A stretch of 55,397 bases of DNA, counting the filler, from Sphacelaria rigidula (lineage: Eukaryota): NCBI GenBank assembly GCA_964200075.2. It is 4 parts of 4 records of this genome, joined end to end, with 100 filler letters (N's around TTAATTAATTAA, not from the genome) between each part and the next. Parts side by side here need not be neighbours in the genome. Positions count along the whole stretch, not along the records: positions 27,751 to 41,524 come from CAXNAA020002678.1; positions 41,625 to 55,397 come from CAXNAA020002679.1; 2 more parts are not named here. One strand, given 5' to 3'. Positions 35,601-46,004 of the stretch are shown here, in pieces. The notes under the pieces are model-generated. The model was not told the DNA's origin and searched no databases. It saw only the letters and a program-made list of their open reading frames with translations. Position 1 is the stretch's first letter. The number at the start of each line of letters is the position of its first letter. Made by a program: the position numbers and the translations under genes.

Positions 35601-38600
35601 GTGAGTTGCGCATAGACGCTGGTTTCGTAGTTTCTGCGTGAGGGTGAAGATGGGCGCCGCCTCCCTCAGTGCTGCAGCCCTCAGGGCGTAATCCCTAACT
35701 CGTGTGCCCATCCGGAACCCCAGGTATGCCGGGTAGTGATCCCGGAGGAACGGCAGCCAAAATCTCAGGGTCACATGGTGGGAGGCCCGTTCTCGGAGCC
35801 ACGACACCACGTCTTATCCCTCACAGCTGACATCAACACCCTTCTCCGCCTCGGATATTTTGATGATCACACACCTACATGGCTTCGAACGTGACAGTGA
35901 GGAAGTGATGACCCCTCGGGTGCTTCTTCCCGCCCCCGCGTGCCTGTCATCGCCACCGAGCAATTTCGCGATGCTCTCGATCCCTGCCCCCCAATACAAC
36001 TCCAGCAGAGCCTGCGACAGATGGAGCATGAGATGCCACCCGGCAGGGTGGGGCAGAATATTGCGCCATCTGGTGGGATTCGAAGCCATGGCGTTCACCA
36101 TGAAACTGTACGTCTCCTCATCCTCTTCGATCAAAACCACCCCGCCTTTCTCGCCCTCAGCGTGGCAAATCCGCAGGATCCATTCCAGTGTCTTCTCGTT
36201 GTCAGCTTCGCACTTTGTCGAGCCAGACTGGACGAAGAGGTTCCTCGACACGAGATCGCGCCCCCCGTGATCCAACTTCAACTTCTTCACCAACTCAGCC
36301 TCCAGGCATGATCGCCCAGGGCCGTTGTCTTCAGGTATCCAGGGCTCCGCGCTAACGTAGAAGCTAGTAGGGTACTCCACGTCTCCATGTTTTTTCCTTT
36401 TTCGGCACGCTCCCGACCTCGCTTCAGCAAGCCGAGTGCCAGTTCCGCGGTTTTCATCCACAAATCCTTGCTGCCGAAAGTAGCAGGTGCGTCCAGCGGG
36501 AGCCGGTGGTGATGCGCGGTGGCCCCTATGAATGAGCAGTGTTCTGCGGAGATATATTTAGCGACGGGGTCGCAGTTGTTGTTGTCGAATGCTGCTGACG
36601 CGCCGATGTTGCGGTCCGCCGGGATGAGGTCCTCATCCTTCCTAGTCGCCACTACATTCTCGTGCGTCCTCCTCTGCTTGTCAGACATGCAAATCTCTAG
36701 CACCGACAGCAGGCGCGTAATCTTCTCCCCCGCTCCATGCGATTTCAACGCCTGGGACAACTGCATGTAGTGCTCGGGCATGGGGGAGTCTCCTATAACC
36801 TTTTTCGCCATCATCGTACCCAACATACAAGTGACCACGGCGTCTTCAGAATATTGATCGGCATCCGCATCGGTTTCCCGCGTGGCGGCGTCGAAGTTGA
36901 TCCTGAACCCCGAGGCGATGAACGTCTTGAGCTCAACTGGGAAGGTGTAGCGGACGTAGCTTTTCACGTCGGGAGTCCGCATGCCGGCGGCAGAGGCCTC
37001 ACCTGTACGCAAGCGTGTTTGCGCCCATTTCGCACACCGCAACCTGCTCGTGCGCAACATGCCCGCCGCCGTCTTTATCACCCCCGAATTCCCGTCCCCT
37101 CCGCCCACCGGAACTTGCTCCGGAGCATCAGCGCGCCCTCCCTGGTCCGCCGCTCCTGCAAGCGCAGCTTCTCGTCGGTTCTTGTCACGCCGAAGCTCGC
37201 ACTCACTGGCGTAGAGGTTCGCGACCCACCATTCATCGAGTATGACCGGTATCAGCACCCTGAATCTCCACCTGTCGTCTTGACCGACCTGACCCCCAGA
37301 AAACGACAGGTCGTGAATACCGCTGACAGCGGAGGCGACTTGGTCGAGGATCGTGTCGGCGTCGTTACTCAAAGTCCTCTCGACAACATCGTTTAATCCC
37401 GCTCTGCTACGCGTCTGCTGCACGATATTCATGGCGCCGCCCAGATCGAGTAAGCGCCCGGCGGCAATCTCGGCGACCACGTTTCGCGTAGCAATATGCG
37501 AGGCAGCGGCAGTCGGCGCTCCCCCTGGAGCGTCAGAGGTGTCGAGGCGCAGGAGGTACTGGTAAACCGTCCACTTCCCGTCCTCTCTCCTCTTGAACAA
37601 TGTGCTCTCGACTTCATTGCTGAATCCCCAGGCGCAGCTTTTGCAGAGGCGACTGTCTGCGTGTAGATTGATGCTGTCCCCACCCCGGTGCATTACCCCG
37701 GCATCCGTCGCTCGAAAGAATTCTTGCATGAGACGAAAGTTTCTCCCGGCTCTAATAAACTCCGTCTTTGGCTCCCGGCAGCATGCTACGCACTTGGCCG
37801 CCGCCCGCTTTTCCTTCAGCTTCTCTCTCTTCCGGAGGGCATAGAAGCAATCGGGGGCGAGACACAGACACTCGCGGCCCGGCACCCAACCCGCACAACA
37901 GCAGTCTGTGCCGCTGCACCCGTGGCTGAGACCCGAAGTCAAAGTTCCGCCGCGTCGGCGACCGCGTCGTCGTCGGGCAGATGCCGAAATTCGGGTTCGG
38001 AGCCTCGTTTGTCCGAAGGTCGGCGGTGGCACGCGCAGCACAAGACGTTGCCGACGTGCACGGGATTACCGGGACACACCGGACAGGGCGTCGGCCGCGC
38101 TTCCGTGGCACCACAAACCGCCTTTCCGCATGACAGCGGTGCCCGCTTTCGCCTTTTTGGGGTATACACGTCGGCCTGCCCAGCACGCGGTTCTTCTGTA
38201 GAGGTGGGTGGCGTCAGCCGTTGGCCCCCCAACAGGAATCCCGGCAGCATTTCCGCGCTACCTCCTCCTCGCGCTGCAGACTGTCGCCGACTGCGTCGGC
38301 GGGCGCCGGCTGCCGACGACGGAAGGCGCTCGCCGACGGCGTAAGGTGTTCCGTCGCTGGTGATACCCGGCGACGATTCATCGCCGGAATGGGCATCACG
38401 GTCACACCGTGCCAAGTGGGGGGGACGCTGGGCCGCCGGGTCTCCCCTCTCAGTCGCCGCCATACAGCCGGGTGCGCAGGGTGGGTGGGTGTACCGCTCC
38501 TGCTACTGGTGCTGGCGGCCCCTTTTCGCCGACCCCCACTGTTCCTCCGCTTCAATCCTTCCCACCTGCGCTCGATGGTGTACACGGCGATAGCAGAAGC

Positions 38601-38862
38601 AGTGTGGGTGACATGCGGCGTGGGCGGTGGATGATGATGTTCGCATCGACATTATATCAAACATGCGGGCAGAAATCATATCCCGATCAGCGGTGGGTCA
38701 CAGCAATTTATTACCATGGGTCGCACCTACAACTGTGGCATATTCGGCGCAAGTCAGTCCGTGCAGTAGGCCGTACGAAAGATACCCGGTTACACTTTTT
38801 CCTACTGCACGGAACTCGTTTTGCGTGGCTCAGATCGTAAACGGAACCTTGCGTACGGGCTA
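32636..38862 (-). mobile_element. Academ (AcademX-type) DNA transposon, intronless, disrupted by frameshifts and stops
   Basis: ORF chain 38463-37939, 38041-36287, 36461-35814, 35810-34800, 35164-33269, 33268-33008, 32911-32636. N-terminal Cys clusters. Transposase motifs AFDNNNCD, EDEETY, PAGWH, FW...R...AAPIF and VALDEYQEMTNKVVK. XPG/FEN1-like motifs IGERE, VTSIDTD and SLAGCD. Then ALELHVYRG...W and a C-terminal CQCK...CKNCSC...CVYGYCGC...C finger. Putative 5' terminus TAGCCCGTAC at 38862. Confidence 0.8.
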
Positions 38863-39275
38863 CGTTTACTGCCGCGCGGACAACTCCAAAGCACATGGCT
38901 GCAGCGTGCTGCATACTGCACTCATCATGTGGTTTAGCGACATATGCAAGATGGTATTCTGTAAAGTACGGGTGCGTTCTGAAGGATACGAGATTCCTTA
39001 CAGGACTTACGGAACTGTCGGGTACCGGTATGAAAGCGTTACAGAGGTTTTATTAGTGCCGGGTACCGGTATGAGTTTTATAGAAATTTCAGCGCTAGTC
39101 GGGTAGGTATGGGAGCACATAGGTATTTTCATATGAAATGCAGTTGTACTGGTTTGTGATACAACCAAAAATACATACGTTTGTGTGGGCATGTGTGAAA
39201 TTACAAGCAAAAGCGCTGAAGTCGTGCTGTGTTTGTGTTGACTATTGTACTGCTAGTGTACGTTTGTAGTGCCAT

Positions 39276-39853
39276 GTGTGTGTTTGGGATGCGGTACCTC
39301 CCAGAACGTGCTGTACTACCGTTGCGTGGGTACCACCAAACACGTTACGCTGCAGTCGTGCTGTCTGTATGTCGCATCATTTCTCATTTGACAAACTGTG
39401 TTTGAAATATGTCGCCGACCAGGGGGTATCACTGTACTGTATACTATTCTTACACTACCCGACAACACTACTGTGGTGTGCATGTGCACAGATTTCAAAT
39501 TCAAAATTTCAAATTCAAAATTTCAAATGCAAAATTTACGAATCTGTTTGTACACGAGCTCGTGGTATATATTAAATGGTATATCGAAGAGAACCATGTG
39601 TTTCATGCACTGTACTTTATTGTAATGAACTGTGCTGGGCACGAGGCCATGAGGTGATGGCAATTTTGCACCGTACGCACAACGTGTGTGTGTTGGGGAT
39701 GCGGCACCTCCGGTGACGTGCTGTACCACCGTTGCGTGAGTACTACCAAACACGTTACGCTACAGTTGTGCTGTCTGTATGTCGCATCATTTCCTATTTG
39801 ACAAACTGTGTTTGAAATATGTCGCCGACCAGGGGGTATCACTGTACTGTATA
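39276..39853. repeat. Two ~170-bp direct repeats, 410 bp apart
   Basis: 39276-39443 and 39686-39853 are nearly identical; an (aaatttcaaattc)-type micro-repeat lies between them. Confidence 0.85.
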
Positions 39854-39963
39854 TTGTCACCATTTTGAGTGTAACCATTTGCTGTTTATTCTCGAATATG
39901 ACATGAACGATTCCTCTTCCAATTACGTATCTATGTGTCGGACGTGAGGGCAGATACGGGCAG

Positions 39964-41068
39964 GTGATGCAAGCACGCGTTCTGGCGAAACGGTTCTTGC
40001 CATTCACCTGTGTCGAGGACAAGGATGTGCGACACTTCCACGCAGCGATGATGACGGAAGGTACCCGGCTGGAAGCTGACTTGCGCCCTGCAGCGCCGGC
40101 GCCGAAACGCCGGAATATTATATCTGCCAGGGATGCACGCCTGGAAGAAGAAGCTGCGAGGTACGACCATTTGGTCGATTCCAGCGATTTTGAAGACGAG
40201 GTCGCGAAAACGACCACGCCGGAGGGCGAGGTGGAGACTGAGTGGAGGGCGTACATGGCCATGAGAAAAGTGCGGCTTCAGGAGGTGCGCTACGGTTTGA
40301 CCCACACCGCTAGATGTTCGAGTTCGGTACTCGATCGTGCGTTAGTACAAGAATAGCGTGGTAGTTGTGCAACACTGCAATTCCTGTGGTTTGCTGGTTT
40401 CGGCTCTGTGTGCATTAGTGGTTGCATATATGTTGCAACATCATATACAATTCCTAGGCCTTTTCCCTGTTCCCCTCCCGGGCGTCTGTCCGTTGTTGGA
40501 TCTCCTTGTGAGCACGGGCTAGATTGGTCCCATCAGCTATTTATGGAAGTCAACTATTTATGCAAGTAAGCTAATGATGTAAGTCAATAAATTAATGGAT
40601 GCAATAATTGGCGACTGAACCGTGATCACGTCATCGGCATGCCCACAATTCGTACCTCTGCCACAGGTGCCGTTTGAGGACGCGCTGAAATGGTGGAGAG
40701 AGTACGGCACTAGGGAGTTCCGCTGGCTGTCACATGTAGCGAGGTCTGTGTTCGGTCACCCTGCTACAGCGGCCGCTATCGAGCGGGACTTCAGCAGTGC
40801 GGGACATATGCTCACTCCGCAGCGCTCTCGCCTTGACGCCGTCTATGCTGAGATACTGATGTATCTCAACCTCAACTACGACAGCATCCCAAATTACATC
40901 CCGGAAATCCCGCAAACACAGGTGTTCAAGTACTTGCCTGCGCGAGTGGCGGAACTTGACGACTTGGATGTATCCATCGTCGTGGGAGCCGAAGATGAGA
41001 GAGATGTAAATCCGTCAGGGGCGGACACCTCAGGGGCCGGGGCAGGGGTAGAAGAAGCTAAGACATAG
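39964..41068 (+). CDS. hAT transposase, last two exons including the C-terminal dimerisation domain
   Basis: Exons 39964-40284 and 40667-41068 (phase 0, GT-AG). DALKWWREYG..FRWLSHVARSVFGHPATAAAIERDFSSAG...RSRL...EILMYL is the Dimer_Tnp_hAT signature, including the catalytic-E motif ERxFS. Confidence 0.85.
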
Positions 41069-41386
41069 AGTCCTTGATAGATGTCCGTTGGTGGTTATTT
41101 TACTGAATGGTTTTGAGGTGGACGGAGCCACGGTTGTCTCGTCCAGGTAGGTCTCTGCGCCCCCATTTCTCTTGCAGAGCATTGATCGATTTGAAAAGGG
41201 TACGTATTCGCCTTGATACCCTTTTGCCTACAATCGTGTGCTTGCGCTAGGTGTCCATTTGTGTTATTTTTTCGTCAAAAGGATGCATTAGGGGCCTTAT
41301 TGACCGATGTCTCGCGCCTCACTCGTCCATCGCTTCAGTGATTGATGATTGGTCGTTTGCTTTTCCAGAAAAGACGCCAGTAAGGG

Positions 41387-41524
41387 AGTCATTGCTCGTG
41401 ACCAAGAAATAGATGACTCAAGCAGACGAGTCACACCACGTGAAAAAGTGAATGACTCGAGCGCGAGCACTCGAGTCATCGCTCGTTGTGGAAAAACAAT
41501 TATAGGGCGAGCACTCGAGTCATC
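41387..41524 (+). repeat. Start of another array of the ~42-bp GAGTCATTGCTCGTTGTG repeat family
   Basis: gagtcattgctcgtg, gagtcatcgctcgttgtgg and agggcgagcactcgagtcatc; truncated by the linker. Confidence 0.8.
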
Positions 41525-41624
41525 NNNNNNNNNNNNNNNNNNNNNNNNNNNNNNNNNNNNNNNNNNNNTTAATTAATTAANNNNNNNNNNNNNNNNNNNN
41601 NNNNNNNNNNNNNNNNNNNNNNNN
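41525..41624. other. Artificial linker (N44-TTAATTAATTAA-N44)
   Basis: 100-bp N run with a six-frame stop spacer. Confidence 0.98.
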
Positions 41625-41999
41625 CGCCCCCATCACCTAGAAGGGACTTATCAACACCAACTTCCCCCGCCTTCTCACTGAGAGACGACTCCAACCCCCC
41701 CGGACCTCTCATCTACACTAGCACCCCCGTGAGCCCCTGCCACCGCCTCTTGTGCTCCTCCAGACGGATGCACGTTTTTGCGCCTGAGCCAGTGACACGG
41801 GAGGCTCCAAGGTACAGAACCTTTCGCTGCGAGAAGTCTGTGTGATGTCGCCATCTCTTTTTTTATGGCCTCCTGTTTTTCGAAATCGGCGTGTAGCGCG
41901 GGCGGGAGGGGGGGGGGGGGGGGCACGTGGGGTCTTGAGGATCGGGTGGACTCCATATGGGGACGGGATTGGAGGACAAGGGTTAGCGGGAGGAGAATT

Positions 42000-44900
42000 C
42001 CAGGGCCACGGTCAGCATCGTGCGCAGGGAATGAAATTTAGAGCGATCATGATATTGTGAGGTTGCGCGGGGTGAGTGCGATCGATACGCACCGGGAGGG
42101 TAGAGAGTAGCCAGTCGACAGTGCACGGCGTTGTAGCGAGCCTTGATGTTCTGTCGTACCGCGGCGTCTCCTTAAGCTTGAATGGGGGTGCGCACTCAAC
42201 ATCTGGAACACCCATGCGGAAGAGCGGGTGAGGGGCTCCCTCGTAGATCCCCGCGGGCGTTTTCCCTCTGGAAACCGCGTCATACATGTTCTTCTTCATG
42301 CCCACAGTGACCTGCTTAGTCCCTGCTGGGCGGATTTCGAATGAACGGGGCTGAGTCACCCCACGGATGGGCACCACGCGGCCACCTACACTGACAGCGC
42401 CTTTTAAGTTCCCCAGGGAGCGAAGAGTTGTGGTGAACACTGGCGGGGTCGTGTATACCCTGCGGAATGCTGCTGCTTGCTGTCGTCTCGTGAACAGACA
42501 AGCCCTCTTGCAGTGTACCGAAATCCTGTTAAAACAATCAAGAATGTGTCATTGCCCGCTTGCGTCAAGTATATTTCTTTTCTCTCGTGTCGCAGGTAAA
42601 TTTTGTCCGGAGCCTTGCCCTACCAATGGTGAGGAAGCACCGCACGATTTTGAAACGGACACCAACAAGGACAGGAATAATCGTACAAGGGAAACCAACC
42701 TGCTCAGAAAATGGAAAAAAGATTGCGAACCTCGATGAAAAATAGACTGACCTACGCCGTGGTATTACGCCTGTATTGTTACGTTGGCGACGGTAAAACG
42801 GTGCCGCCTCTTCATCCCGACGCACAAGTCGTGAGGGCTCTTCCCCCGCATCGTGTCTGGGGATAGCCTACAATGGTTGTGACAACCGAGCGGAGAGAAA
42901 CAGTTGTGTCGCGAACGAAAAAATAATTTATAGTTTACGACCCGACGCACCTTGAGAATACTTGGTCGATCATGATATGTGTATGATCGAACGTCATAAA
43001 ATTTATCTCGACCCGACCGATCGTCCCGCGGGCCACCAGAAATCCGAGGTACGCCAGCACGATGTGATTCTTGCCCTCCCCGACGCAGTTGTCGAGCTGC
43101 AGGAACAGCTGGTCGATGTGAGCTAGTGTATCGCCGTCGCAGTGCAAGTCGAACAATCTGGTGGGCGCCAGGTGGATTGAAGTGCAAATAAGGTTGCTCC
43201 CTGTACAGAGGCGAGTATCGACGGTGTCAGGGTCGTTTATGTTCAAGTATTCGCCGGGACCATCGACCAGAAGAGGATCGGAAACATACCCGATGTTCAC
43301 ATAGCAAATGAAATATGACTTGTATCGGTGCGTGTGTGCGTGTGAATCGCGTGGGAAATAGCACAACTCTCCCCCTCCAACTGTCAGGGGCGACAGGAAG
43401 AACTCCACGAACTGCCCTTCCACCAGGACCGCCATGATCTTCTGACGTTCCGCATATCCCCTGCCCGTCGTGACAAACGTTGATACCAACGGTAAGAACG
43501 CGCGCGAACCACTGTCGACATCAACAGCAAAATGCGAAGCAATACCTATTGAACTGAACATTCGCGTTATTTTTATTGCGTCCCATTTCCGAACAGAAAC
43601 ATTTCGAGAACAAAACAAAACGTTGGGAGGATATCGAGATCAGTACGGACGCAGCTCAGAAAGCGCCGATCATTCAGCGCACGGATGGCATTTATTGAAT
43701 TTTAAAAGTTTTTGTTCAATGCCTAAACCTCTTGGACAACACATTGTGGCGATGTTTTCGTTTCTGTCGTCCATCAGTACAAACGCTAGATCATTGACCA
43801 GTACGATGGCGAATGGTGGCCGACAAATCAGGAGAAATATACGACGTTCGTGCTTGAGGCGAGGGCCGGCCAGCACCTAGGGGGTCGTCTCAAAAGATTG
43901 AAGCAACTCCCGAGTCGATCACCACCCCGAAACTCTGGGACAGGAGTCAGGGTAGCAATTATGTGCGAGTAACGACGTGGGCCACCTCACCTGCAGCGTG
44001 TAGTATACCAATCCCTGTAAATAAGGCGGATGGCCAGGCCTATCTGTGGACGATAACGTATCAGAGTACAAGCTTTGGTCGTTCATCCACTCAACGGTTG
44101 CTATGACCTCAGGACGTGATTTTTGTGTGCCTCCTTTCATCGTGTAGCTTGTGCGATAGACACGCCCCGGTTGTAAATAAATGTGGGGGGGAGTGCGACC
44201 TACCCCTTGTGTGGCTCACAGAATTCAATGGGTACGAGTGAGCGCGCGGGGAAGGGGGGGGGGGGGGGGGGGTGATGGGGGAAGACAAGTGCGGCTGCTG
44301 TGCTGCAGTGGCAATTGCTCGCTAACCTGTCTGTCCCGTGGATCAACGCCGGCACATTGGTAACGCGAACGCCGTCTGGGCCGCTGCGTCTGCTTGCATG
44401 GAGATGAACTTGAGTGGATCCATGTTCGCCTTTGCTCGAATGGCTGCGGAGCTGATAGAAGCAAGTCGCTCTTGGTCTGCTGTCAACGCCTGAGAGGATG
44501 ACGAGACGTTGGCGTGGTGTCATCTTGAGAGGACCACTTCAAAGTGCAAATAGCTGAGTGGGACTGTTTCTGTTTGTTTCTCGACCACGATGATTCAAAA
44601 TGTTTGTGTGTTCATGCACGGTCATAACTCAGGGCCACTGTAGCTGTGTCTGGGGCACGACGACACGCGGGTCAGTGCCCCTTCAGCGATCGATCCCATG
44701 CCGCGAAACGGAAACAGGGCGGAATGGCGCAGGTGTTTGATATTCAACGCGCCTGCCGCGTGATAACTTGATACCGGAGCACTCGCCATGTTCCGTGAAC
44801 AAACCGAGGGCGAAACAAATACATATGGAAAAGAAATCTTGAAACAGCTGGCGACAAACAACAATCGGTGAGTCACCGAGTGCGGCGCAACAGAATCAAG

Positions 44901-45886
44901 GCCCGGGAATAATACTCCGAGAATTAGAGCTTGTGATGAGGAAACCCCGTCGGACCTTCCTGCGGATCAGGTGCATACCATATGATGATATGACAGCGGG
45001 CCTAACTCGACGGACGACATGGATGTGTTTTACCAATCATATCATGGCAGCGCCCTTGCTCCGGAATATCGTTAGTCAAGAAAGAGAGCTCTTGATTTTC
45101 TTCCGTTCATATGCGTGACTTGCGCTGCCTTCGCACTCTCCATCGTCTGGGGGTCTGCCGTCACTCTCACGCCTGCGGTACCATTTAGGGTGTCGTGGTA
45201 CAGTGTGCAGCTGTGGCATTTCATGAATGAGCAACCGGAGCGCATCTTGTAGATAGGTCGGTGTTCGCGCAGCTTCTGGTAAAAGTAGCTTCGGCTGACC
45301 ACCGTCTCTCCGGTGCGAATCGCCTCCGCGATGAAGGTGTCGTATAGTTCCTGCGATATGTCCTGGATCGCGTCGGGCGGGATATGTTGAGGTGGTGCGG
45401 GAATACAAACGATATCGTTCGCTTCTGCGTAGGTGTGGCCTTGACAGGGGACAGGTGACTACCCATGGGAAACGATACAAGCTTCTTTTCCACTCTCCAA
45501 ATATATATGTATCTCGGTTTCGGAGAGCGACTACCGATAATATTGTTCATGTTCGTCGGATGCGCCAGCAAGCTACAAACAGAATGCGCTCAGTCCGTCA
45601 ACGACCGTAGCGGGTGTCGGTATCGTGTACATGCGAAACGATGATCGCGTGAGTCGATGCCGCTCGCGTCGGGAATGAGAGCGACCCGCCGATTCCCGCT
45701 TTCACGTACCTTCTTGTTGCGCATGTAGAGATATGTTGCACTCTCGTGCGGCATGTGCTGACCGTATACGTCGGCATACCAGTCTAGGAACGCAAGAAGA
45801 GCTTTCTCGCGCTGGGGGTCTTTCCTCACCCGAGCGCCGCCGCGATTCCCGCGACGTGAAGTGTATCGAAGCAGTCGCATCGTCAT
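42000..45886 (-). pseudogene. Degenerate intron-containing Sola-like DDD transposase
   Basis: FLDWYADVYGQHMPH..TYL...KK| (donor ~45708) splices to |ELYDTF...VSRSYFYQ...FMKCHSC (~45350-45200). The catalytic region reads LFLQLDNCVGEGKNHIVLAYLGFLV...INFMTFDHTHIMIDQVFS (43120-42950), matching the LxLQxDNCxxxxKN...GHTHxxIDQxFS signature. There are stops between segments and the 3' boundary is approximate. Confidence 0.7.
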
Positions 45887-46004
45887 GGATTTTGTGAGGG
45901 AGCGTCATTGCATACTATACGTTAACGTCATGGCGCGGTTGAAATCTGAAACTTGCGATGTGGTGGATTTCGTTGACATGTACCGACTGGATTCGTCCCA
46001 TTAC

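Noticed and set aside
32636-38600. Endogenous phaeovirus (EsV-like) segment, suggested by intronless GC-rich coding DNA
   Set aside because: No NCLDV core motifs; the single polyprotein's motif order matches an Academ transposase.
32950-38840. Plus-strand ORFs overlapping the Academ region
   Set aside because: Antisense shadows of GC-rich coding sequence with no recognisable motifs.
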